NCBI GenBank assembly: GCA_023433705.1 | Contig: JAEYUC010000051.1 | Location: 18,968 to 82,967, forward strand | From: Pseudomonadota bacterium | GTDB lineage: Bacteria; Pseudomonadota; Gammaproteobacteria; Steroidobacterales; Steroidobacteraceae | Length of the DNA stretch: 64,000 nt | Direction: 5' to 3' | Part shown: positions 31,101-40,761 of the stretch, piece after piece | Layout: each line of letters starts with the position of its first letter | Numbering within the stretch: position 1 is the stretch's first letter | Translations under genes and position numbers: made by a program | The notes under the pieces: generated by a model | Told to the model about the DNA's origin: nothing | Seen by the model: the letters and a program-made list of their open reading frames with translations, nothing else | Databases searched by the model: none

Positions 31101-31622
31101 ATGGACCCGGGAAAACCCTCGAATTGTTTCGCCCCGATCTCCAGGCGCGACGCGACCCGGCTGATACTCGGTTCGTTGCCCGGACGCAGGTCACTCGAGA
31201 TGCAGCAGTATTACGCGCATCCTCAAAACGCGTTCTGGAGAATCGTCGAAGACATCTTCGAGACCGATTCGCCGCTGCCCTACACGCGCCGGGTTGGAAT
31301 CCTGATGGCGCACGGGATCGCGTTATGGGATGTTCTCGCCGCGGCGGAGCGGCCCGGCAGTCTCGACTCGTCGATCGTGCATGCGTCCGCGAGCGCCAAC
31401 GATTTTCGCCAGTTCTTCCGCCGGCATCCCGACATCCGCCGTGTGTTCTTCAACGGCCGCAAGGCCGAGACGCTGTACCGGCGACTCGTGTTGCCGGAAC
31501 TGGAAGCGGAGTTTTCCGGCATTCGTTACGAGTGCCTGCCTTCGACGAGTCCGGCTCACGCGGGCATGACGTTTGCAGCGAAGTTGTCGCAATGGCGCAA
31601 GATCGAGGAGAGCGATGCGTGA
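31101..31622 (+). CDS. DNA-deoxyinosine (hypoxanthine) glycosylase, UDG family 6-like
   Basis: ...ATRLILGSLPGRRSLEMQQYYAHPQNAFWRIV...LPSTSPAHA... fits the family. I chose the start at MDPGKPSN (31101); an alternative Met lies at 31050. Confidence 0.65.
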   Translation: MDPGKPSNCFAPISRRDATRLILGSLPGRRSLEMQQYYAHPQNAFWRIVEDIFETDSPLPYTRRVGILMAHGIALWDVLAAAERPGSLDSSIVHASASANDFRQFFRRHPDIRRVFFNGRKAETLYRRLVLPELEAEFSGIRYECLPSTSPAHAGMTFAAKLSQWRKIEESDA

Positions 31623-32047
31623 TGTCCGCCGACAAGGCCTGCCCCGTGATGTTCCGTGACCCGGCGATGCGATTCATCCTGGCCTTCGAACATCCGCACG
31701 AGGGACTGCAACTGGTGAAAGGCGGCATCGAGCCCGGCGAAAACGCACCGATGGCCGCGCTACGCGAGCTGGAGGAAGAGTCCGGCATCGTGGATACCGC
31801 GATCGCGCGCGATCTCGGTATCTGGCATTCCAGACATAACGGGCACGTGTGGTCGCTGCAGCTCTGCACCTTTTCGCCGCTGCTGCCCGAATCCTGGACT
31901 CACTACTGCGCGGACGACGGCGGGCACGACCTGCGCTTCTTCTGGCATGACCTCACCGGGCAACCGACGGATGACTGGAGTCCGCAATATCGCCGGGCAC
32001 TGAACGAGATCCGCGAGCGCACGCGCGCACTGCGGTGGTGCGGCTGA
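31622..32047 (+). CDS. NUDIX hydrolase
   Basis: MSADKACPVMF...VKGGIEPGENAPMAALRELEEESGI contains the Nudix box GX5EX7REUXEEXGU. The ATG overlaps the upstream stop (TGATG). Confidence 0.8.
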   Translation: MSADKACPVMFRDPAMRFILAFEHPHEGLQLVKGGIEPGENAPMAALRELEEESGIVDTAIARDLGIWHSRHNGHVWSLQLCTFSPLLPESWTHYCADDGGHDLRFFWHDLTGQPTDDWSPQYRRALNEIRERTRALRWCG

Positions 32048-32079
32048 TCGTCCGATCGATAGTCTGATAACGTGGCGCC

Positions 32080-33216
32080 ATGAGCGCCCTCAGCACTTCG
32101 TTGTATCTCGTCGCCGTCGCGCTGTGCCTCTTCTCCACCGGCCTGACGACGCGAGCGGCACGCGGTCAGCCGTACCGGTTCTTCACCGTCTTCCTGGTGA
32201 TCCAGTCGGTCGTGTTCCTGTGCGAGCTGCTCATCGCTCACCCGGCCACGCCGTTCAAGGCGCTGTGGCTCGCGCTGTTGATGGGGTCCTCACTACTGCT
32301 CGCGCCCTGCCTGTGGCTGACTTTCAGGGAGAGCATCGGCGGCGAACGTCCGGATCTGCGCCTGATGCCGCTCCCGCACGGACTCGCGATCCTCGCGGGT
32401 GCGTCGTTCACCGTGCCGCTCGCTCTATCCACCCATGCCGGCACGACCTGGATGAATCCGGCCGATCCCTCGAGCTGGCTCGAATCGAAGATCATCCACA
32501 CGACGATGTTGCTCTGCATCGGCATATTCGTCGTGCAGGTGCCGTGGTACCTGCTGCGTTGCCGACGCATCCTGCTCGCTCGGATCGGCGGACAGCGCAG
32601 CCACTGGGCGCAGTTGCCGCTCGCGATCGTCCTCACTTCGTGGACGCTCGCGATCGTTCGCACGATCGACTGCGCCTTCATCAAGTTGCCGGCCACGTTT
32701 TCGGTCGTGGTGGCGGTGATCAGCGTGGGCGTGACGACCGGCGCGTTGTACCTGCTGCTGCGGCAGTTCGGCGCGCTGGCGAAGGAACGGGCCGGGACCT
32801 ACGCGAAGAGCCCGCTGGGCGCGGGCGCCCGCGCCAGGATCGGGCGCAAGCTCGAGTCGGCGCTCTCGGATGAACGCATGTATTCGAGGTGCGACCTGAC
32901 CCTTCGCGCGCTTTGCGAATCTCTCAACGAGAGTCCGCACTACGTGTCGCAGGTCATCAGCCAGGACCTGGAGACGACGTTCTACGATCTCCTGAACCAA
33001 CGGCGCATCGACGCTGCCATGCGGCGGCTGCGCGAATCGCCCAGGGCGGGTGTCCTCGAGATCGCGATGGCGGTGGGATTCAACTCCAAGTCGGCGTTCA
33101 ACGCGGCATTCCGCCGTGTCACGGGGACGACGCCGAGCGACTACCGGAAATTCCCCGAAAAAAGTCCGGATCCCGAAGTCCTCGCCGATCAGGAAGGACG
33201 CCAGGTCGCCGACTGA
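32080..33216 (+). CDS. membrane-anchored AraC/XylS-family transcriptional regulator
   Basis: The N-terminal approximately 240 aa are hydrophobic (about 6-7 predicted TM segments). The C-terminus ...LRALCESLNESPHYVSQVISQDL...EIAMAVGFNSKSAFNAAFRRVTGTTPSDYRK is an AraC HTH. Confidence 0.75.
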   Translation: MSALSTSLYLVAVALCLFSTGLTTRAARGQPYRFFTVFLVIQSVVFLCELLIAHPATPFKALWLALLMGSSLLLAPCLWLTFRESIGGERPDLRLMPLPHGLAILAGASFTVPLALSTHAGTTWMNPADPSSWLESKIIHTTMLLCIGIFVVQVPWYLLRCRRILLARIGGQRSHWAQLPLAIVLTSWTLAIVRTIDCAFIKLPATFSVVVAVISVGVTTGALYLLLRQFGALAKERAGTYAKSPLGAGARARIGRKLESALSDERMYSRCDLTLRALCESLNESPHYVSQVISQDLETTFYDLLNQRRIDAAMRRLRESPRAGVLEIAMAVGFNSKSAFNAAFRRVTGTTPSDYRKFPEKSPDPEVLADQEGRQVAD

Positions 33217-33253
33217 GCGGGATTCTCGGGTCTCCCAACACCAAGGAGGCCCG

Positions 33254-34309
33254 ATGATTCCGCGACTGATGCTTGGACTTGCGTTGATGCTTGTGCCGCC
33301 CTTCCTGGCGGCGGCTTCGCCCAGCACCATCGAAACCCGCAGTTACGACTCCGTCATCCTGCGCGACAACCTGGTCGGTCTGAATCCGCAGCGGCGCCTG
33401 AAGGTGTACCTGCCTCCCGGTTACGCCGAGAGCAGGCGGCGATACCCCGTCATCTACCTGCTGCACTCGATCAACTGGGACAACGAACGCATTTTCGCGC
33501 CCGGAACCCTCGCGCAGCCCACGTTCGATCGCGCGATCGCGCGCGGCGTGATATCTCCGTTCATTCTCGTGGCGCCCGACTACACGACGCCGGGGCCCGG
33601 AAGCTTCTTCGCGAATTCGACGACGTCCGGTCGTTTCGAGGATCACACCCTCCAGGAAATCATCCCGTTCATCGACGCCAACTACCGCACGCTGGCGCGC
33701 GCCGAAAGCCGCGGCATCACTGGCGATTTCATGGGCGCTTATGGCGCGCTGCGTTATGCCTTCAGGCATCCGGACGCATTCGGCGTCGTGTACGGCATGC
33801 ACCCGGTGGGCGCAGGGTCGGGTGTCGAACCGCTGTACGGCCGGCCCGACTGGGGCCTGATGCATCGCGCGCGTACGGCGGAGGAACTGCATGCCGATCA
33901 GTTCGCCCCGGTTTTCATGGCGATGATGCAGTCATTCCTGCCGAACCCGCGGCGACCGCCATTCTTCTGCGATTTCGCGGTGGACGTGCACGGCAACGAG
34001 CAGAGGGTCAATGCCACGAACGTGCAACTCCTCGAGGAACGTTTCTTCCTCGAGAACATCGCGCGGCAGGAACGGGAGAACCTGGCGCGCTTGCGCGCGA
34101 TCAAGTTCGACTGGGGCCGCTACGACCCGACGTACGCCCACGTGCACTCCAACCGCGAACTCACGCGCGACCTCGACGAGCTGGGCATCGAACACGAAGC
34201 GGAGGAATTCCGCGGATTGCCGTGGGACAAGTACTGGGCGCCCGAAGGAGGGCGCATGTACGAGGACGTATTGCCGTTCTTCGGCCGGCACCTCGAGTTC
34301 GCCGATTGA
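33254..34309 (+). CDS. secreted esterase (esterase D/enterochelin-esterase-like putative esterase family)
   Basis: The ATG at 33254 follows AAGGAGG. MIPRLMLGLALMLVPPFLAAASP is signal-like and is followed by ...YLPPGYAESRRRYPVIYLLHS...GDFMGAYGAL... Confidence 0.65.
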   Translation: MIPRLMLGLALMLVPPFLAAASPSTIETRSYDSVILRDNLVGLNPQRRLKVYLPPGYAESRRRYPVIYLLHSINWDNERIFAPGTLAQPTFDRAIARGVISPFILVAPDYTTPGPGSFFANSTTSGRFEDHTLQEIIPFIDANYRTLARAESRGITGDFMGAYGALRYAFRHPDAFGVVYGMHPVGAGSGVEPLYGRPDWGLMHRARTAEELHADQFAPVFMAMMQSFLPNPRRPPFFCDFAVDVHGNEQRVNATNVQLLEERFFLENIARQERENLARLRAIKFDWGRYDPTYAHVHSNRELTRDLDELGIEHEAEEFRGLPWDKYWAPEGGRMYEDVLPFFGRHLEFAD

Positions 34310-34388
34310 GTACCGGGGTCCGGTCCGGTTTGGCGCCACGGGGTGGGTTCGCGTTACGATCCGCCCCCCGAAACCGGACCGCGCCCCC

Positions 34389-35096
34389 ATGCCCAACCAT
34401 GCCTTGTTGAACAACGCCCAGCACCGCGACCTGCGGATCATCACGCGCAGCGGCGCCGACCTCGGCGACAACGTGATGTGCGCGCTGACGTTCCCGGCGG
34501 AGTTCCGCAACATCCAGAGTCACTACCCGATCCTGTTCCTGGAATCGCGCGACAAGGTGCTCGCGCCGGTCGCGTTGTTCGGCCTGCGCGAAGGTCAGAA
34601 CCTGTTCCTCACGAAGGACGGGTGGGACGCGCGTTACATTCCGCTCATGATCGAACGCCAGCCCTTCCTGATCGGCCAGTCGGACAAGGGGCAGGTCATC
34701 CACGTGGATCTCGACAGTCCGCGCGTGAGCAAGACCGAGGGCGTGCGGGTGTTCGACGACGAGGGCGCCAACACCGACTACCTGAACCGCGTCTCCAACG
34801 CGCTCGCCGCGATCAACGACGGATTCGCGGCGACGCCCAGGTTCATCAACGCGCTCATCGAGCACCGCCTGCTCGAGGCTTTCACGCTCGACATCCAGTA
34901 CGCCGACGGCAACAAGGCCAAGTTCGGCGGCTTTCATACCATCCACGAAGAGCGGCTCAGGAAGCTCGACGGCGCCGCGCTCGGCAAACTGCACGAACAG
35001 GGCTATCTCGAGCCCCTGTTCATGATCGTCGCGTCGCTGTCGAAGATCCGGGACCTGGTCGACCGGGCCAGCAAACTCGATCCGGCCGCCCGCTGA
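34389..35096 (+). CDS. SapC-family protein
   Basis: MPNHALLNNAQHRDLRIITRSGADLGDNVMCALTFPAEFRNIQSHYPILF... is recognisable as the SapC family. The start is an internal ATG of track ORF 34011..35096. Confidence 0.7.
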   Translation: MPNHALLNNAQHRDLRIITRSGADLGDNVMCALTFPAEFRNIQSHYPILFLESRDKVLAPVALFGLREGQNLFLTKDGWDARYIPLMIERQPFLIGQSDKGQVIHVDLDSPRVSKTEGVRVFDDEGANTDYLNRVSNALAAINDGFAATPRFINALIEHRLLEAFTLDIQYADGNKAKFGGFHTIHEERLRKLDGAALGKLHEQGYLEPLFMIVASLSKIRDLVDRASKLDPAAR

Positions 35097-35239
35097 GCCG
35101 GTAGTTGGGTAGTTATAGCGGCTTCTTGACGGAATAGGGTCGTCCGTCGGGAAAACTGTGGCCCAGTCGCCCGCGCGCCGGTCGCGGGCCGGGCAATACT
35201 GCGCCGCCGCCGATGGGAGCGGCGCGGTAGTTGGATTCC

Positions 35240-36244
35240 ATGGCGAACATCTACGAAGTCGCGGAGCTTGCGGGAGTCTCGCTCGCGACCGTTTCCCGGG
35301 TCATCAATCCGGGCGCCGGCGCCAACGTCAGTGAAAAGACCCGGGAGAAGGTGCTTGCCGCGATGCGGCAGCTCGGCTACCAGCCCAATTCCATCGCCCA
35401 GTCACTGGCCACCCGCAGCTCCAACTGCGTCGGCGTGCTGGTTTCCGAACTGGATGGTCCGTTCTACGGCTCCATGCTCTCGGCCATCGAGAAGACGCTC
35501 AAGGCCGCGGGCAAATTCATGCTGGTGGCGGCCGGGCACAGCAACGAGGCGCAGGAGCGCGACGCGATCCGTTTTCTCGTGAGTCGCAATTGCGATGCGC
35601 TCATCGTTCACGTCGAGCGGCTGTCCGACAAGTTCCTGGTCGACCACGATCACAACGCGACGCCGCTCGTGGTCATGAACCGCAAGGTGCGCGGGCTCGG
35701 CGATCATTGCTTCAGCCTGAACAACGAGCTCGGCGGCTATCTCGCGACGCGCTTGCTGCTGCGGAAGAAGCACCGGCGCATCGCCTACATCTCGGGGCCG
35801 CTCGATTTCGGGGATGCGAAGCAGCGGCTCGCCGGTCACAAGCGCGCGCTCGAGGAGGCCGGCGTCAAGTTCGATCCGCGCCTGTTTCACGAGGGCGACT
35901 ACCACGAGACGGGGGGACAGGATGCCCTCGATGCGCTGCTCGCGAAGAAGATCGCGTTCACCGCGGTAGTTTGCGCGAACGACGACATGGCGGCCGGCGC
36001 GATGGCCGCCGCGCACGAGCGCGGCATGGCGCTGCCGGACGAGTTGTCCGTCGTCGGCTTCGACGATGCGCCGATCTCGCGCTATGTCTATCCCAGGCTC
36101 ACGACGGTTCACTATCCCATCGCGGACATGTCGCGCATGGCCGCGCGCTGGGTCTTGAAACACGTGTACGACCAGCAGCACGACGTTCAGCAGGTGTTCG
36201 AGCCCAGGCTCGTGGAGCGGGACTCGGTCGGCAAACTCTCATGA
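35240..36244 (+). CDS. LacI-family transcriptional regulator
   Basis: MANIYEVAELAGVSLATVSRVIN... is the HTH, followed by a periplasmic-binding-protein-like sugar domain. Confidence 0.88.
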   Translation: MANIYEVAELAGVSLATVSRVINPGAGANVSEKTREKVLAAMRQLGYQPNSIAQSLATRSSNCVGVLVSELDGPFYGSMLSAIEKTLKAAGKFMLVAAGHSNEAQERDAIRFLVSRNCDALIVHVERLSDKFLVDHDHNATPLVVMNRKVRGLGDHCFSLNNELGGYLATRLLLRKKHRRIAYISGPLDFGDAKQRLAGHKRALEEAGVKFDPRLFHEGDYHETGGQDALDALLAKKIAFTAVVCANDDMAAGAMAAAHERGMALPDELSVVGFDDAPISRYVYPRLTTVHYPIADMSRMAARWVLKHVYDQQHDVQQVFEPRLVERDSVGKLS

Positions 36245-37599
36245 GCGCACCGCCCGATCGCTACGTGCTGCGCACGGTGTCGATCGTCGCGCTGGGTGGA
36301 TTCCTCATGGGCTTCGACGTATCGGTGATCTCCGGCGTCGTGAGCTTCGTCGAGGCGGAATTCTCGCTCGACAAGATCGAAGTAGGTTGGGCGGCCGCGT
36401 CGCTCACGCTGAGCGCGACGCTGTCCATCCTGTGCGCGGGACCACTCGCGGATCGTTTCGGGCGCCGCGCGATCCTGCGCGCCGCGGCGCTGATCTTTAC
36501 CGCCTCGGCCCTGCTGTCCGCCGTGGCGACCACCTTTTCCATTCTCATCGCCGGGCGGCTGTTGTCGGGGCTGGGCGTGGGCGCGGCGCTCGTGGTGGCG
36601 TCCATGTACATCGCGGAGCTGTCCCCGGCGACGGTGCGCGGGCGCATGGTCAGCGTCAACCAGCTCTTCATCGTGCTCGGCATCTCGGCGGCTTTCCTCA
36701 GCAACTGGTTCATCCTCCGGATCGCCGAGGCGCAATGGAACTGGCGCTGGATGCTCGGCATCGGCGCGTTGCCGTCGACTATCTACTTCGCGCTGTTGTG
36801 GACGGTGCCGGAAAGCCCGCGCTGGCTCGCGTTTCACGGCCGGCTCGATGCCGCGCGGCGGGTGTTGTCGCGCGCGCACGGCGCGCAGCTCGCCGAAGCG
36901 GAATTGGGCGAGGTAAGGGCGTCGCTCGCGCGCGAGGCGAGCACCCCGAAGGCGCCATGGCGCGAGTTGTGGTCGCCGAACCTGCGCGGCGTGATGATCA
37001 TCGGATTGACGGTCGCCGTGCTGCAGCAGATCACCGGCATCAACGCGGTGCTCTCCTATGCGCCGGTCATCTTCCAGAACGCCGGCGCGAATGCCGACGC
37101 GGCATTCATGCAGGCGGCGTACGTGGGCATGGTGAATCTCGTGTTCACCGTGCTCGCGATGTTGCTGATCGACAGGGTCGGCCGCCGGCCGCTGCTCATG
37201 TGGGGTAGCGCCGGCATCGCGCTCAGCATGGGCGTGATCGCGCTCGTACCGTCGTTCGTGCTCGTCGGCGTGCTCGCGTTCGTGGCCAGTTTCGCGATCT
37301 CGCTCGGCCCGATCATGTGGGTATTGTTGTCGGAGATATTTCCGAATCGCGTGCGCGGCGTGGCGATCTCATTCGTGGGCCTCGTGAATTCGGGCGTGAG
37401 CTTCCTCGTGCAGCTGTTGTTCCCGTGGGAAGTGGCGACCATCGGGAACTCGCGCACCTGGATGCTCTATGGCGCGTTCGCGCTGGCCGGTTTCATCGTC
37501 ATCTGGCGAATCGTCCCGGAGACCCGCGGTCGCAGCCTCGAAGAACTCGAATCCTCGCTGGTGCGCCCGTCGGTGCCGGGTGAGAAATCGCTGAGTTAG
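36241..37599 (+). CDS. MFS sugar porter (sugar:H+ symporter family)
   Basis: The ATG at 36241 overlaps the LacI stop (ATGA). ...GFLMGFDVSVISG...PLADRFGRRA...PESPRWL...PETRGRSLEE are sugar-porter signatures. Confidence 0.88.
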   Translation: MSAPPDRYVLRTVSIVALGGFLMGFDVSVISGVVSFVEAEFSLDKIEVGWAAASLTLSATLSILCAGPLADRFGRRAILRAAALIFTASALLSAVATTFSILIAGRLLSGLGVGAALVVASMYIAELSPATVRGRMVSVNQLFIVLGISAAFLSNWFILRIAEAQWNWRWMLGIGALPSTIYFALLWTVPESPRWLAFHGRLDAARRVLSRAHGAQLAEAELGEVRASLAREASTPKAPWRELWSPNLRGVMIIGLTVAVLQQITGINAVLSYAPVIFQNAGANADAAFMQAAYVGMVNLVFTVLAMLLIDRVGRRPLLMWGSAGIALSMGVIALVPSFVLVGVLAFVASFAISLGPIMWVLLSEIFPNRVRGVAISFVGLVNSGVSFLVQLLFPWEVATIGNSRTWMLYGAFALAGFIVIWRIVPETRGRSLEELESSLVRPSVPGEKSLS

Positions 37600-37687
37600 C
37601 GAGGTCGGCGCCTTCCGATATCACCGCTGTCGATTTCGCCGGTTTCCGTTCGACCAAGGTTCAGTCAGTCTGAACCGAGGAGAACAC

Positions 37688-38182
37688 ATGAATTTCAACT
37701 CGAAAATCGCCCCCTGCCTGTGGTTCGCGGGCGAGGCCGAGGAGGCCGCGCGTTTCTACACGAGCATTTTTCCGGACTCGCGCATCGGCAAGATCGCGCG
37801 CTACGGAAAGGTCGGGGTCGAGATCCACGGCCAGAAGGAAGGCACGGTACTCACCGTGCAATTCGAACTCGCAGGCCAGGAATTCACCGCGCTCAACGGC
37901 GGCCCGCTCTTCAAGTTCAACGAGGCCGTGTCGCTGCAGATCTACGTCGAGGACCAGAAGGAGTTCGACTTTTACTGGGATCGATTGACGGAGGGCGGCG
38001 ATCCGAAGGCGCAGGTGTGCGGATGGCTCAAGGACCGCTACGGACTTTCGTGGCAGGTGGTGCCGCGCGAGATGGTCGAGTGGTTTGGCGATCCCGACGA
38101 GAAGTCCGAGCGGGTCATGGCCGCGCTGCTCAAGATGGGCAAGCTCGACATCGCGGCGCTGCGCCGCGCGTACGCTGGATGA
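37688..38182 (+). CDS. VOC-superfamily protein (PhnB/3-demethylubiquinone methyltransferase-like domain)
   Basis: 164 aa, MNFNSKIAPCLWFAGEAEEAARFYTSIFPDS...CGWLKDRYGLSWQVVP... Confidence 0.7.
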   Translation: MNFNSKIAPCLWFAGEAEEAARFYTSIFPDSRIGKIARYGKVGVEIHGQKEGTVLTVQFELAGQEFTALNGGPLFKFNEAVSLQIYVEDQKEFDFYWDRLTEGGDPKAQVCGWLKDRYGLSWQVVPREMVEWFGDPDEKSERVMAALLKMGKLDIAALRRAYAG

Positions 38183-38186
38183 CGCA

Positions 38187-38414
38187 GTGGACTGGCTGGA
38201 TGCGCTTCAGTGGCCGGCCATGGCGGTGACTCTGGTCGCCGCCTGGCTGGTCGCATCGAGATCGAAGCGGCGTCGCGAAGCCGGGTTCTGGGTCTTCATC
38301 GCGAGCAACATCCTGTGGGTCGCGTGGGCGTGGCATACGCGGGCGTGGGCGTTGATAGGTCTGCAGATAGGACTTTTCGTGATGAACGTGCGCGGCGCCG
38401 TCAAGAACGAATAA
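38187..38414 (+). CDS. small 3-TM membrane protein (hypothetical)
   Basis: The GTG lies 5 nt after the upstream stop. The product is 75 aa, MDWLDALQWPAMAVTLVAAWLVAS...FWVFIASNILWVAWAW...ALIGLQIGLFVMNVRG. The start is a guess. Confidence 0.4.
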   Translation: MDWLDALQWPAMAVTLVAAWLVASRSKRRREAGFWVFIASNILWVAWAWHTRAWALIGLQIGLFVMNVRGAVKNE

Positions 38415-38445
38415 AATCCCCTCGCCAATAATTCGAGGGGGAACC

Positions 38446-38964
38446 ATGACGAGTCGACGTTCTTTCCTGCGCGGATCGTCCGTGCTGATGGCGCATGCCG
38501 CGCTGGGTGGAGTGGTGGAGGCTTTCGCCGCCGCGCCGTCCCACAAGGCCACCTTCTTCGACGATTCCGAGATGCGCACGCTGCGCGCGCTCGTCGACGT
38601 GATTCTGCCCGAGACCGATTCGCCGTCCGCGTCGGCCGCGAACACTCACTACTTCATCGATCTCGCGATCCCCGCGTGCGCCACGCCGGCCGCGCGCGAC
38701 ACGCTGCGCAGGGGACTCGCCGAGTTCGCAGGTTACGAGAAGCTTTCGCCGGCCGGGCAGAACGAACGGCTCGCGGAACGCGCGGCGCGGGACATCGATC
38801 TCGCCTATGACCAGTCGTTCTTCAAGATCCTGAAGGACTACACGATGACCGGTTACTTCCTGTCGGAGACCGGTGCGACGCAGGCACTGGCGTATCTCAG
38901 GATTCCCGGCGGCTTCCAGGGCGACATTCCGCTCGCCCCCAACCAGAAGGCGTGGGCGATCTGA
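38446..38964 (+). CDS. gluconate 2-dehydrogenase subunit 3-family protein (Tat-exported small subunit)
   Basis: MTSRRSFLRGSSVLMAHAALGG is a twin-arginine signal. The gene is paired with a GMC flavoprotein immediately downstream. Confidence 0.75.
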   Translation: MTSRRSFLRGSSVLMAHAALGGVVEAFAAAPSHKATFFDDSEMRTLRALVDVILPETDSPSASAANTHYFIDLAIPACATPAARDTLRRGLAEFAGYEKLSPAGQNERLAERAARDIDLAYDQSFFKILKDYTMTGYFLSETGATQALAYLRIPGGFQGDIPLAPNQKAWAI

Positions 38965-40646
38965 TGGCTAACTCGAACAACTTCGACGCCATCGTCGTCG
39001 GATCCGGCATGTCGGGCGGCTGGGCCGCGAAGGAATTGACGGAGCGCGGCCTCAGGACGCTCGTGCTCGAGCGCGGGCGCGACATCCGTCACGTCGTGGA
39101 CTACCCGACGGCGCTCAAGGATCCGTGGCAGCTGCCGCACAACAATCGCGCGACCAGCGCGGACCGGGCGGCGCAGCCCATCCAGTCGACGCTCTATCTA
39201 TACGACCAGTCGACGAAACATCACTTCGTCGATGACAACGAGAATCCGTACGAACAGGCGAAGCCGTTCAACTGGTATCGCGGCTATCACGTGGGCGGGC
39301 GCTCGCTCATGTGGGCGCGCCACGTGTTCCGCTTCAGCGATCTCGATTTCGAGGCGAACCTGCGCGAGGGCGTGGGCATCGACTGGCCGATCCGTTACGC
39401 GGACATCGCGCCCTGGTACGAACACGTCGAGAAGTTCATCGGCGCGAGCGGCGAGAACTCGGGGCTGCCCCAACTACCCGCGCAGGTGCTGCAGCCGCCA
39501 TTCGAGATGAACGCGCTGGAGAAGAAGATTCGCGCGGGCATGGACGATGCGTTCAAGGGCGAACGCAAGCTGATCTGCAGCGCGACCGCCGTGCTCTCGC
39601 GCGAGCACAACGGCCGCGGGCCGTGCCAGGGCCGCAACCAGTGCGCGCGCGGCTGTCCGTTCAGCGCGTACTTCTCGTCGAACGGCGTGACGCTGCCGGC
39701 CGCGGCGGCGACCGGCAATCTCACGTTGCAGCCCGATTCGATCGTGCACTCGTTGATCTACGACGAGGCGAAGAACCGCGTGACGGGCGTGCGCGTGATC
39801 GACGCGAACACGAAGAAGACGACCGAGTATTTCGCGAAGCTCGTGTTCCTGTGCGCGTCGGCGCTGAACTCGACCGCGATCCTGCTCAACACGCGCACGG
39901 CCCGTTTTCCGAACGGACTGGGCAACGACTCGGGCGAGCTCGGCCACAATCTCATGGATCACCACAATGGCGCGGGTGCGACGGCCAGCTTCTCGGGGCT
40001 GCTCGATCGTTATTACCGTGGCCGGCGCTCGACCAGCATGTACATCCCGCGTTTCCGCAACGTTTCGAAGCGCGAGGACAAGTTCAAGCGAGGTTACGGC
40101 TACGAGGTGTACACCAATCGCGGCACCTGGACGCGCGGTATCGGCACCGCCGCATTCGGCGCGGATTTCAAGAACGAGATCACGCGGCCGGGCGAGTGGA
40201 GCCTGTTCATGGAAGGGTACGGCGAGACACTGCCGTACCACGACAACCGCATCTGGCTGTCGCACGACAAGCTGGATTCGTTCGGCATGCCGCGCATCAA
40301 CATGTCGATGGAGTACCGCGACAACGAGCGCGCGATGGCGCAGCAGATGATGGACGACGCGGTCGAGATGATGACGGCCGCCGGCCTCGAGAACGTCAAG
40401 GGCTTCAACCATCCCGTGACGCCGGGCAGCGTGATTCACGAAATGGGCACGGCGCGCATGGGCCGCGATCCAAAGACCTCCGTGCTCAACGGCCACAACC
40501 AGGTGCATGCCGTTCCAAACGTCTTCGTGACCGACGGCAGCTTCATGGTGTCCTCGCCCACACAGAATCCATCGCTGACCTACATGGCGCTGACCGCCCG
40601 CGCGGCGAACTACGCCGTGGAGAAGCTCAAGAGCGGCGAACTGTAG
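38964..40646 (+). CDS. GMC-family FAD-dependent oxidoreductase (large subunit)
   Basis: MANSNNFDAIVVGSGMSGGWAAKELTERGLRTLVLERG is the FAD-binding GxGxxG region. The ATG overlaps the upstream stop (TGATG). Confidence 0.85.
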   Translation: MANSNNFDAIVVGSGMSGGWAAKELTERGLRTLVLERGRDIRHVVDYPTALKDPWQLPHNNRATSADRAAQPIQSTLYLYDQSTKHHFVDDNENPYEQAKPFNWYRGYHVGGRSLMWARHVFRFSDLDFEANLREGVGIDWPIRYADIAPWYEHVEKFIGASGENSGLPQLPAQVLQPPFEMNALEKKIRAGMDDAFKGERKLICSATAVLSREHNGRGPCQGRNQCARGCPFSAYFSSNGVTLPAAAATGNLTLQPDSIVHSLIYDEAKNRVTGVRVIDANTKKTTEYFAKLVFLCASALNSTAILLNTRTARFPNGLGNDSGELGHNLMDHHNGAGATASFSGLLDRYYRGRRSTSMYIPRFRNVSKREDKFKRGYGYEVYTNRGTWTRGIGTAAFGADFKNEITRPGEWSLFMEGYGETLPYHDNRIWLSHDKLDSFGMPRINMSMEYRDNERAMAQQMMDDAVEMMTAAGLENVKGFNHPVTPGSVIHEMGTARMGRDPKTSVLNGHNQVHAVPNVFVTDGSFMVSSPTQNPSLTYMALTARAANYAVEKLKSGEL

Positions 40647-40650
40647 TGCT

Positions 40651-40759
40651 GGTGGGGATAGCGGTGCCGGTGTAAAAAGTGGGGATTAGTAGACACGTCG
40701 TCGCGCTCGAGACGCTGGCACTAATCCCCACTTTTTACACCGGCACCTTTATCCCCACC
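40651..40759. repeat. 109-bp palindromic element (40-nt arms matching at 38 of 40 positions, 29-nt loop)
   Basis: GGTGGGGATAGCGGTGCCGGTGTAAAAAGTGGGGATTAGT (40651-40690) pairs with ACTAATCCCCACTTTTTACACCGGCACCTTTATCCCCACC (40720-40759). It fills the whole gap between two convergent genes. Confidence 0.85.
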
Positions 40760-40761
40760 CC

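Noticed and set aside
35099-35234. Three copies of GGTAGTT (35100, 35108, 35226) upstream of the LacI-family gene, considered as operator candidates.
   Set aside because: They are short direct repeats, whereas LacI-family operators are palindromic. I found no palindrome there, so chance occurrence cannot be excluded.
37658-37676. GGTTCAG-N5-CTGAACC inverted repeat between the MFS transporter gene and the VOC gene.
   Set aside because: The stem is only 7 bp, has no T-run and has no second copy in the window. It is not enough to call a terminator or operator.
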